Positions 1 through 8,131 of a stretch of 64,000 bases of DNA are shown here, in pieces. The notes beneath the pieces were generated by a model. The model was not told where the DNA came from. It made no database searches and saw nothing but the letters and a program-made list of their open reading frames with translations. Numbering within the stretch: the first letter of the stretch is position 1; the number at the start of each line of letters is the position of its first letter. The translations under genes were made by a program, and so were the position numbers. This stretch comes from Polyangiales bacterium. Its GTDB lineage: Bacteria; Myxococcota_A; Polyangia; Polyangiales; Ga0077539. The DNA lies in assembly GCA_044229975.1 (NCBI GenBank), contig JBGARZ010000025.1:88714-152713 (forward strand), read 5' to 3'.

Positions 1-2022
1 TTCGATGGGCTGTGAGAAGGAGAAGCCCATGCCGGGCAGGGCCTCGGTGAGGCGCGCGGAGATGCGGGCGATGAGCGCCTCGCGGGTGTGAGCGGTGCGC
101 CACTCGTCGGGTGGCCGCAGGGCCACGAGAACGTCCGACAGCTCGACGCCCATCGGGTCGGTGGCGATCTCCGCGCGCCCGGTCTTGGTGACGACGGTCA
201 AGACCTCGGGGAACTCCCGCAGCACCTGCTCGAAGCGCGTCGCGCCGCGCACACTCTCCTCCAGCGACACGCTTGGCAGGCGCATCACCTGGATCGCCAA
301 CGCGCCCTCGTCGAGCCTCGGGACGAACTCCGCGCCCATGCTCGACCCGACCGCGCCGGTCACGGCGAGCAGCGCGAGGCACAGGGCGATCACCAGACGC
401 GGCGCGCCCATCACCGCCGCTAGCAGGCGCGGGTACACGCGGTGAAGAAGACGGACGACGAGGGGCTCGTGCTCTTCGGGCTTCTGTCGCATCAGCGACG
501 CGACGAGCACCGGCACGAAGGTGAGCGACGCGATGAAGGCTCCCCCCAGCGCGAACAACACCGTGATCGCCATCGGCTTGAACATCTTCCCCTCGACGCC
601 CGCGAGGGTAAGGATGGGTACGTACACCAGGACGATGATGGCCTCGCCGAAGAGCGCAGCCCGGCGCACGTCGAGCGTAGATCCCAGCACCACGTTGGCT
701 GCCTCGCGGTAGGTGAGCGGCCGCTTCAACCCCTTCGCCGCCGCGGCGAGGTGGACCACCGCGCTCTCGACCACGATGATGGAGCCGTCCACCACGATGC
801 CGAAGTCGATGGCGCCGAGGCTCATCAGATTGCCGCTCAAGCCGAGCGCTTTCATGCCGGTGAAGGCCACCAGCATGGCGAAAGGGATGGCCGCCGCGAC
901 GATGAGCCCGCCGCGCAGGCTGCCCAGCAGCAGGAAGAGAACCGCGACGACGAAGAGGGCGCCCTCGGCGAGGTTCTTGGCGACGGTGTGGATCGTGCGG
1001 CGGACGAGCTCGCCGCGATCGTAGAACACGTCGATGCGCACGCCCGGTGGGAGAGACGGGGCGATCTCGTGGATGCGCGCCTTCACGCTCTCGACCACCT
1101 CGCGGCCGTTGGCGCCGACCAGCATCATCACGATGCCTGTGACCACCTCGCCTCGGCCGTCGCGGGTCACCGCGCCCTGGCGGAGCATCGGCGCGAGGTG
1201 GACGCGCGCGACGTCCCGCACTCGCACCGGGACGCCGTCCGCGCGGGTCTCGATGAGCACGTCGCCGATCTCGTCGAGGGACTGGATGCGTCCCTCACCG
1301 CGCACGAGAAGCTGCTCGCCCGCGCGCAGCAGGTAGCCGCCGCCGGCAGTGGCGTTATTGCGTTCGATCGCCTGGAAGAGGTCGTTGAGCGACACGCCGA
1401 GCGCGCGTAGCCGGTCAGGCAGCACGGCGACCTCGTAGGTCTTCAACTCGCCGCCGAAGGCGTTGACCTCGACCACGCCGGGTACCGACCGGAGCTGAAA
1501 CGCAATGAACCAATCGAGCGTCGAGCGCAGCTCCATCGGCGTGTGGCAGGCGTCGGTGTCGGGCTGCCCAGCGGCACACGGCCGATCGCTGCGCACCTCG
1601 AATTGGAAGATCTCTCCGAGACCCGTGCTGAGCGGCCCGAGCTCGGGCGACACGCCATCCGGGAGTCGCTCGCGAGCTTGAACGAGGCGCTCGGAGATGA
1701 GCTGCCGCGCGCGCAAGAGGTCGGTGCCTTCCTCGAAGACGACGGTCACGGCGGAGAGGCCGAAGCGCGACACGCTGCGCACCTCCGTCAGCCCCGGGAG
1801 ACCGCTCATGGCCGACTCCACCGGGAATGTGATCCGCCGCTCGACGTCCACCGGGCCCAGTGATGGCGCCTGCGTCAACACCTGCACCTGCACGTTGGTG
1901 ATGTCAGGCACGGCGTCGATCGGGAGTCGCAGCACGCTCTGCACGCCGACCGCGACGACCAGCGTGACGAACGCGAGCACCAGCACGCGCCACTGGAGGC
2001 AGAGTTCGAGGAGCTTCTTCAC
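1..2022 (-). CDS. czcA: CusA/CzcA family heavy-metal efflux RND permease (3' end runs off the window)
   Basis: Not in the ORF track. Manual translation from GTG at 2022 gives LPIDAVPDITNVQVQV...VERRITFPVE and NLMSLGAIDFGIVVDG, which are CzcA signatures; directly downstream of an RND adaptor gene. Confidence 0.93.
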   Translation of the reverse strand, partial: MKKLLELCLQWRVLVLAFVTLVVAVGVQSVLRLPIDAVPDITNVQVQVLTQAPSLGPVDVERRITFPVESAMSGLPGLTEVRSVSRFGLSAVTVVFEEGTDLLRARQLISERLVQARERLPDGVSPELGPLSTGLGEIFQFEVRSDRPCAAGQPDTDACHTPMELRSTLDWFIAFQLRSVPGVVEVNAFGGELKTYEVAVLPDRLRALGVSLNDLFQAIERNNATAGGGYLLRAGEQLLVRGEGRIQSLDEIGDVLIETRADGVPVRVRDVARVHLAPMLRQGAVTRDGRGEVVTGIVMMLVGANGREVVESVKARIHEIAPSLPPGVRIDVFYDRGELVRRTIHTVAKNLAEGALFVVAVLFLLLGSLRGGLIVAAAIPFAMLVAFTGMKALGLSGNLMSLGAIDFGIVVDGSIIVVESAVVHLAAAAKGLKRPLTYREAANVVLGSTLDVRRAALFGEAIIVLVYVPILTLAGVEGKMFKPMAITVLFALGGAFIASLTFVPVLVASLMRQKPEEHEPLVVRLLHRVYPRLLAAVMGAPRLVIALCLALLAVTGAVGSSMGAEFVPRLDEGALAIQVMRLPSVSLEESVRGATRFEQVLREFPEVLTVVTKTGRAEIATDPMGVELSDVLVALRPPDEWRTAHTREALIARISARLTEALPGMGFSFSQPIE

Positions 2023-2023
2023 G

Positions 2024-3166
2024 TCAGTCGGCCTCGCCGAGCTCACCGCTCTGGAGCGCGCTCTTGAGCGTGAAGGCCCCGCTGACGGCGAGGGGAGCGC
2101 CCTCCGCCAGACCCGAGCGCACCTCGTGGAGGCCACCGGCCCGGCGCCCCAGCTCGATCGCCTGCGGTCGAAATGTGCCAGGTCCGCTCCCGGGCACGAA
2201 GACCGTCGGTTGCCCCTCGACGATCGCCACCGCGTCGATCGGGACCACCAGCACTCGCTCGTCGGAGACGCCCCCCACGAGCTCGACGCTCCCGAAGAGG
2301 CCGCTTCGCAGGCGTGGGTCCGGGTTCGCGAGCGCGACGCGGATGGGGAGAGACCTCGTGCGTTCGTCCAACGCCGGCGCGACGTAGACGATCGTGCCGG
2401 GCAGCGCGTGGTCCGGGAAGGCATGCAGCCGAACGATCGCTGCGTTGCCGATCGAGACCCGCCCGAGCTCCAGCTCCGGCACGTCTCCGCGCACCCAGAC
2501 GCGGGTTGGGTCGGTGACGACGAAGACTGCGCGGTCGGGGCTCGCGGTCTCACCGAGCGCCGCCTGCACGGCCACCACGACGCCGTCGATCGGTGACCGC
2601 AGTTGCAGCTCCCCCGCGGTCCCCGACCCGAAGAGCGCGAGCTGGCGCTGGGTCCCCTCGACTTCGGCGCGCAGCTCGCCGACCTGCGCCTCGGCGTCGA
2701 TGACCGCGCGTTGGGCGCCGATGCCCTCGGTGGACAGCGCACGTTGGCGACGGAGCGTGGCCTCGGCTGCCGCGAGTCGGGCTCGCGCTTGCCCCAGCCG
2801 CGCGCGAGCGGCGGAGACATCGTTCGATGCGACGACCCCGAGTAGCTCGTTGCGCGTCACCCGCTGCCCGAGCACGACGGCCACGCGGGTGATCCGCCCG
2901 GGGACGAGCGGCCCGACCTGCGCGGTGCTGCTGGGCTCGAACTGCACCTCCGCAGGGATGGCCACGCCGCCGCCGAGCGCGCGCCGTTCGATCTGTCCGG
3001 TGCGGATGCCCGCGAGTCGCATGGCTTCCGGCGTGAGGCGCACCTCGTGCGGCGTCCCTGCTTCCACGGCGGGTTCGGAGCGCGGTGATGCTGGTGGGGC
3101 GTCGTCGCGGCAGGCGGCGAAGGTGAACGAGAGCGCGATGAGCGCCGCGGACACGAGTCGGGTCAC
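2024..3166 (-). CDS. czcB: RND efflux periplasmic adaptor (CzcB-like membrane fusion protein)
   Basis: Lipoprotein-like N-terminus, helical hairpin, LRSPIDGVV, VWVRGDVPE and PALDERTRS motifs; lies between czcA and a TolC-family gene. Confidence 0.9.
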   Translation of the reverse strand: MTRLVSAALIALSFTFAACRDDAPPASPRSEPAVEAGTPHEVRLTPEAMRLAGIRTGQIERRALGGGVAIPAEVQFEPSSTAQVGPLVPGRITRVAVVLGQRVTRNELLGVVASNDVSAARARLGQARARLAAAEATLRRQRALSTEGIGAQRAVIDAEAQVGELRAEVEGTQRQLALFGSGTAGELQLRSPIDGVVVAVQAALGETASPDRAVFVVTDPTRVWVRGDVPELELGRVSIGNAAIVRLHAFPDHALPGTIVYVAPALDERTRSLPIRVALANPDPRLRSGLFGSVELVGGVSDERVLVVPIDAVAIVEGQPTVFVPGSGPGTFRPQAIELGRRAGGLHEVRSGLAEGAPLAVSGAFTLKSALQSGELGEAD

Positions 3167-4608
3167 GGGGAGTTCTCCGGGCTGTGGTCGTCGGGCCAGA
3201 GATCGACGCCAACCGCGCGCTCCAGGTTGGCGAGGGCGACGAAGTAGTCGACCTGTGCGTCGAGTGCGTCGCTCTGGATGCGCAAGAAGCGCTCGCGCCC
3301 GATGGACAGGGCGAGCACGTCGATCTCTCCGAGTTCAAACGATCGACGCAGGAGCGCGAGGTTCTCCTCGAAGCGGGGCAGCACCTCGGTGCCGTAGCTC
3401 CGCAGCCGCTGCGCCGCGGAGGCCACTTCGCTGCGTGCGAGGGCCACCTGCCCGCCGAGGAGCGACAAGGCGGCGGACGCCTCCGCCTCGGCGATTCCTA
3501 CGTCTGCGCGAGTTCGCGCTCGCTCACCCTGGTTGCGCTGGAAGCTGGGGATGGGGACCGAGATGGTTCCCATGAAGATGTCGTAGGCGCCCTCGGAGGT
3601 CGGGTTGCCCTCGCGCTGGTACTGCACCCCGATGGTCGGCTGGGGCCAGGACTGGCGGTCGGCGACGGCGACCCGCGACTGCGCCTCGCGCACGGCGGCA
3701 TCCCGCGTGCGGAGCGACGGGAGCCGTTGGCGCGCCGTGGCGAGGAGTGCGTCGAGATCCGGGGGATCGCGTGGCGCGTCCACGTCTCCGAGCGGCACGG
3801 GCGGTCTCGCGACGGGCCAGCCGGAGAGCTGCGCGAGCTGGATGCGCGCGCTGAGGTAGGCCTGAGTAGCGGCGACCGTGAGCTGCCGCGCCTGCGCGAC
3901 CTCGGCCTGCGTGAGGCGCAGCGTCAGACCAGCGGTCTCTCCGGCGCGGATCTGACGCTCGACGATGCGCAGGAGCTCTTCTTGGAAGGCGAGGATGCGC
4001 GATGCGAGGAGGGCGCGATCACGCTGCACCAGGGCCCGGTGGAAAGCCGCGTGGACGTCGCAATGGACAGCCCACCGGAGCTGGTCGATCTCGGCGTCGG
4101 TGAGGTCGCGTTGTCGGTCGGCGGCCGTGAGTCGAAGGCCGCGCTCGCCCGCGATGGAGAACTGCTGGGTGACGCTGGCCTGCACGTCCACGCCGGTGCC
4201 CGTCAGGCCGAAGCGCGGACCGACGCTGATGCTGACCTCGGGGTTGGACGGCAGCAGCGGTGAGGCTGCGGTGCGCGCGGCCGCGGCCCGCGAACGGGTG
4301 CTGCGTGCAACGACGAGCACAGGCGCACGAGCGTCGGCGTAGGCGAGGAAGGACGAGAGCTCGACCTCCTCGCGCCCGGTCGGATCGGCAGGGCTCACCG
4401 CTCGGGCGGGCGTCCGTGCCTCGACACCACCGACGGATGTCGGTGGGAAGCGGAGGTGAGGCGCGACGGACTCCGCCCGCTCGATCGGGGCGGCGCCCGC
4501 GCAGGCTCCTACGACGACTGCTGCACAGAGGCCAAGGCACCGCGCGAGGTAACTACTACGACCGATCGTAGGTTGAGGCGCGCGGGACGATCGAAGGTTC
4601 TTCTTCAT
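3163..4608 (-). CDS. czcC: TolC/CzcC family outer-membrane efflux protein
   Basis: OEP repeats (LPSNPEVSI, SVPIPSFQRNQGERAR, FELGEIDVL); start placed at ATG 4608 (MKKNLR), with a lipobox VGAC downstream. Confidence 0.88.
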   Translation of the reverse strand: MKKNLRSSRAPQPTIGRSSYLARCLGLCAAVVVGACAGAAPIERAESVAPHLRFPPTSVGGVEARTPARAVSPADPTGREEVELSSFLAYADARAPVLVVARSTRSRAAAARTAASPLLPSNPEVSISVGPRFGLTGTGVDVQASVTQQFSIAGERGLRLTAADRQRDLTDAEIDQLRWAVHCDVHAAFHRALVQRDRALLASRILAFQEELLRIVERQIRAGETAGLTLRLTQAEVAQARQLTVAATQAYLSARIQLAQLSGWPVARPPVPLGDVDAPRDPPDLDALLATARQRLPSLRTRDAAVREAQSRVAVADRQSWPQPTIGVQYQREGNPTSEGAYDIFMGTISVPIPSFQRNQGERARTRADVGIAEAEASAALSLLGGQVALARSEVASAAQRLRSYGTEVLPRFEENLALLRRSFELGEIDVLALSIGRERFLRIQSDALDAQVDYFVALANLERAVGVDLWPDDHSPENSP

Positions 4609-4613
4609 GGCGT

Positions 4614-5645
4614 TCAGGGGCCGACGAGGAGCGCGGCGGCGCGTTCTGAGGCGCGATGAAGGGTGTCGAGCGGGAGGGTGCCCGCGTGATGTGGGAGGAC
4701 CAGCACGACCGCGAGGAGCGCGAACGCAGGGCGGAGTGATGGTGGCGGCGTTGCAGGTCGCGGACGCCGATCGGCATAGGAGAGCAGAAGCCCCACACGC
4801 AACTTGATCGCCTCCGCGTGGGCTGCGCCGAGCGCTGGCTGGGGCGAGGGCGAAGGAGGGCGTGCGGCCGAGATGAGGGCTTGCGCGAGGGCAGGTGCCG
4901 AAGCGCCGGAGACCACCGCCGCGCGGTCGCAGTGGAGCTCGCGGGCCAGCACCCAGCGGGCGAGTTCGTCCCCGAGCATTGCGCGCCCGAGGGGGTTCAC
5001 GGCCAGCGCCCATCGTGCCGCGAAGTAGCGGAGCGGGTCCTGGTCGCGGAGGTGTTCGAGCTCGTGGTGCAGGGCCGCGCAGAGCGCTTCGTCGTCGAGA
5101 GCGCGCGCGAAGTCCGTCCGCAGCACCACGCGAGGGACGACGACGCCCAGGGTCGCGATCGGGTCTGCACAGGCGTCCTCCACCATCACGAGATCGCGGA
5201 GTGGGTGGAGCGCTGGGTGGCGGACGATCAGGGCCTCAACGCGGAGGCGCTGGAGCGCGGAGCCCTCGCTCGGTGTCGGCGACCGCCATGATCTCCGCTC
5301 TCGGAGGATGCTTGGCACCGCGAGGGCAGTAGTCAGCGCCGACAGAACGAGCGCGAAGCTGATGGCCTCCAGGTTGAACCCGCCGGGAGCGGCATGTGCG
5401 GCGCAGATGAACAAGCGCTCGCCCGGCTCGGCCTGGTGGAGGCTCGCAGAGAGGAACCAGGCCAGCGGAGCCACGCTCGACGCCACGATGATCGCGTATC
5501 GCAGGGACGATTGCCGAGGGAGACCCGCGGCGGGTTCAAGTCGGTCGAGCACGGCAAGCAGCGTCTTGGCGGTCAGCGCGGAGGCCGGGAGCGCGAACAG
5601 CACGACCAGCACTGGTCCCAGCAACGGGAAGATCGCCTCGTTCAC
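4614..5645 (-). CDS. M56 family (BlaR1/MecR1-like) membrane metallopeptidase
   Basis: N-terminal TM helices, HELEH zinc motif (ALHHELEHLRDQDPL), RELHCDRAA; overlaps the blaI-like gene. Confidence 0.85.
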   Translation of the reverse strand: MNEAIFPLLGPVLVVLFALPASALTAKTLLAVLDRLEPAAGLPRQSSLRYAIIVASSVAPLAWFLSASLHQAEPGERLFICAAHAAPGGFNLEAISFALVLSALTTALAVPSILRERRSWRSPTPSEGSALQRLRVEALIVRHPALHPLRDLVMVEDACADPIATLGVVVPRVVLRTDFARALDDEALCAALHHELEHLRDQDPLRYFAARWALAVNPLGRAMLGDELARWVLARELHCDRAAVVSGASAPALAQALISAARPPSPSPQPALGAAHAEAIKLRVGLLLSYADRRPRPATPPPSLRPAFALLAVVLVLPHHAGTLPLDTLHRASERAAALLVGP

Positions 5646-6064
5646 GAACCGAGTTCCTTGCGGCGCAACTGGATCAGTCGTTCAAGCTCGTCCAACGCCG
5701 CGGAGTCCGCCGAGGAGACAGTCTCGACAAGGAGCGCCAGCGACTCTCGGCCCGCCGGCGCGCCGAGGCTCTCGAAGACCTCGCGCGCCGTGGATTGGAG
5801 GAACTCCTCCCGATCACCGCAGGTCGAGTAGAGGTAGCGCTTGCCGTCGCGCTCGCGGGTGAGGAGGCCCTTCTCGTGCAGCCGCACAAGCGTCGTCATC
5901 ACGGTCGTGTAGGCAACCTCGCGGCGCGTTTCGAGCACGACGAGGACGTCGCTGACCGCGAAGCGCCGCAGCTTGCGCGACCACACGATGTCCATGATCT
6001 CCGCCTCGAAGTCGTGGAGACGGATCGCGACACCGGTCTGCCCTGGCCGTAGGCGAAAGGTCAT
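5642..6064 (-). CDS. BlaI/MecI/CopY family transcriptional repressor
   Basis: EAEIMDIVW...AYTTVMTTLVRLHEKGLLTRERDGKRYLY winged-HTH motif; start at ATG 6064 preferred because an operator-like palindrome lies just upstream. Confidence 0.9.
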   Translation of the reverse strand: MTFRLRPGQTGVAIRLHDFEAEIMDIVWSRKLRRFAVSDVLVVLETRREVAYTTVMTTLVRLHEKGLLTRERDGKRYLYSTCGDREEFLQSTAREVFESLGAPAGRESLALLVETVSSADSAALDELERLIQLRRKELGS

Positions 6065-6076
6065 GCTCGGAACGGA

Positions 6077-6097
6077 TCTACTATGGTGAGTAGTAGA
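6077..6097. promoter_or_regulatory. Putative BlaI/CopY-family operator
   Basis: AT-rich palindrome TCTACTA-N7-TAGTAGA 13 bp upstream of the blaI-like ATG. Confidence 0.7.
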
Positions 6098-6140
6098 CTG
6101 CAACGTCGGCTGCGCGACGCGAGGTGTCCGCTCACTCCGA

Positions 6141-6722
6141 TCACGTAGCGACGCGTGCCCGCGTCCAGACCCACGCCCCTGCGCTCACCACCATGGCGCC
6201 GCCAAGGAGCCCGGCGAACATACCCAGGGCCTCGCCCAGGAACAGCCCGCTGCACCGCACCGACCCGATCGACACCACGCCAAGCAGCATCCCGACCCCG
6301 GCGCGCGCTCGCTGCCCTGCGTCGCCGCGACGCGGGAGGAGCGCCGCGAGCACCACGCCGAGCGCGACGCCGGCGAGGGCGCAGGTGCCGGGTCGGGCGC
6401 AGCAGTTCTCGCAGACCATCATCCCCGGCGCGCAGCATGGGCGGAGCAGGGACATCGGGAGCAGGAGCGTCGCGAGGCCGCCGAGCAGGCCCACCTGCGC
6501 GCCCCGCAACCACCACCCCCGCCGCCACCCCAGGAAGGTCCAGGCGAGGACGAGGGGTATCAACGTCAGGGGTTGCAGTGCGACGCCCGTCACGCGCGCC
6601 GCGAGAGCCGCGAGCACGAGTACGACGAGCGCGCGCACGAGGCCGTCCCGCGCGAGGCCCCACTCGTAAGCCCGGCGGGCGCGGGCTTCGAGGGACGACG
6701 GGGCGGTCGGATCAGGGGTCAT
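6141..6722 (-). CDS. Cys-rich multi-pass membrane protein, probable anti-sigma factor
   Basis: About six hydrophobic segments with a loop PCCAPGMMVCENCCARPGTC; overlaps the 3' end of an ECF sigma gene. Confidence 0.65.
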   Translation of the reverse strand: MTPDPTAPSSLEARARRAYEWGLARDGLVRALVVLVLAALAARVTGVALQPLTLIPLVLAWTFLGWRRGWWLRGAQVGLLGGLATLLLPMSLLRPCCAPGMMVCENCCARPGTCALAGVALGVVLAALLPRRGDAGQRARAGVGMLLGVVSIGSVRCSGLFLGEALGMFAGLLGGAMVVSAGAWVWTRARVAT

Positions 6723-7248
6723 GGTCACCTCCCAGGAGGGCGCGGATTCGTGCGTAGGCGCGAGACAGTCGCTTGCGGTACGTGGCGGGAGCGATCGGCG
6801 GAGGAGCCGCCTCCCCGAGGAGGACGGCGACGGCCTCGGCCGATGTCGGGTCGAGCGCGTCCACGCATTGCTGGAGCGCCCGGCGCAGTTCGTGGTCGGC
6901 GAGCGCGTCGTCCGCCTGGGCTTCCGCGTTCGGGTGGTGCTCCGGCACGGCGCTCTCGACGGTGCGGGTGCGGCGGAGCTCAGCACGGACCTCGTTGGCC
7001 ACCACGGCGTAGAACCAGGGCAACACCGGGCGGCCGGGGGTGAAGGCGGTGGCGCGGGTGAAGAGCTTGAGCATGGCGGCCTGTGCGACCTCATCAGCGC
7101 GTGCGGGCTCCAAGCGTCGACCGGCCGCCCGGAGAGCGCGCGGGTGGAGCGCGCGGAACAGGGGCGTGAACGCTCCGCGCTCGCCCTCGCAAAGGCGGAC
7201 CATCAGGTCGTCGAGCTCGGCCTCCGAGGCTTCGCGGGGCGGAGGCAC
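6712..7248 (-). CDS. ECF sigma-70 factor
   Basis: Region 2 (AFTPLFRALHPRA, ADEVAQAAMLKL, PWFYAVVANEVR) and region 4 (TYRKRLSRAYARIR). Confidence 0.85.
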   Translation of the reverse strand: MPPPREASEAELDDLMVRLCEGERGAFTPLFRALHPRALRAAGRRLEPARADEVAQAAMLKLFTRATAFTPGRPVLPWFYAVVANEVRAELRRTRTVESAVPEHHPNAEAQADDALADHELRRALQQCVDALDPTSAEAVAVLLGEAAPPPIAPATYRKRLSRAYARIRALLGGDHDP

Positions 7249-7260
7249 GCGGGCGTCGGG

Positions 7261-7443
7261 TCAGCCTGCGCGGTGGCGGCCCTGGCAGCAGGGCGAGCCG
7301 GGGTGGCAGCAGGGCGAGCCGGGGTAGCAGCAGTCGCTGGCGCCCCGGGCGGCGCGAACGGCGACAACCGTCGCCCCGAGGCCCGTGGTGAGGGAGAGAG
7401 CCCCGAGGATCATGAGGGTCCGGGGAGAGAGCAGCTTCATCAT
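7261..7443 (-). CDS. Small secreted Cys-rich peptide with three CC pairs (metal-binding or RiPP-precursor candidate)
   Basis: GGAGG RBS, hydrophobic signal-like N-terminus, core DCCYPGSPCCHPGSPCCQG encoded by a 21-bp tandem repeat; first gene of the sigma/anti-sigma operon. Confidence 0.7.
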   Translation of the reverse strand: MMKLLSPRTLMILGALSLTTGLGATVVAVRAARGASDCCYPGSPCCHPGSPCCQGRHRAG

Positions 7444-7467
7444 GGGTAGAGACCTCCTGTCCCCCTG

Positions 7468-7494
7468 CTAGCCGTTCGGGCGGCGGCCGTGACC
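7468..7494 (-). promoter_or_regulatory. Putative ECF promoter GGTCAC-N17-CTAG (copy 1)
   Basis: Same -35/-10-like elements and 17-bp spacer recur at 17949-17975 (-) and 18374-18400 (+); variant CTAA at 12059-12085 (+). Confidence 0.7.
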
Positions 7495-7534
7495 GACAAA
7501 GTGTCGCGCGGGCTGTTTCGGGCGTCGTGGTCGC

Positions 7535-8131
7535 CTACGTCGCCGGGGCGCAGGTGCAGTCGGCGCACCCGTCGTCCGCGCAGGACCCGCAGCAGGCCTG
7601 CACCCGCGCGCGGAGCGCCTCACGCGCCCGGAAGACCCGCACCGCGGCGTTGTTCGCGGTGATGCCCTCGGCCTCGGCGAAGTCCTTCACGCTCTGCCCC
7701 TCGACGGTCACCTGCCGGAGCGCCGCCGCGTACTCGGGCTTCATTGCGTCCGCCAGCCGCCCCACGCACGCGCAGGTGGTCGGCGCGAGGGCCGCCGGTG
7801 GCGGCGCCTCCGGCTCGTCCAGCTCCGCGGCCAGGGCGTCGAGCGCGCGGCCGTGGCTCGCGTCCCGGCGCCGACGGTCGATCACCGCGTTGCGCAGGAT
7901 CCGGTAGAACCACGCGCGCGACGACTCGTCCTGCCGGAGCGAGGCGCCGTGGGTCACGCTGCGGGCGTAGGCGTCCTGGAGGATGTCCTCGGCCGCGGCG
8001 CGGTCGCCGAGGCGGCGCTCCAGGAAGGCGAGGAAGCTCGCGCGCGCGGCGAGCAGCGACTCGGTGACGTGGGCGTCCACGGGCCGGAGTCTAGCGCCGG
8101 CGGCGGGTACGGAGGGGGTCACGGCGTCCAC
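7535..8131 (-). CDS. CorE-like metal-responsive ECF sigma factor with C-terminal Cys-rich domain
   Basis: AEDILQDAY, AWFYRILRNAVID, CxC (CAC) between regions 2 and 4, C-terminal CCGSCADDGCADCTC; start may be GTG 8080. Confidence 0.85.
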   Translation of the reverse strand: MDAVTPSVPAAGARLRPVDAHVTESLLAARASFLAFLERRLGDRAAAEDILQDAYARSVTHGASLRQDESSRAWFYRILRNAVIDRRRRDASHGRALDALAAELDEPEAPPPAALAPTTCACVGRLADAMKPEYAAALRQVTVEGQSVKDFAEAEGITANNAAVRVFRAREALRARVQACCGSCADDGCADCTCAPAT

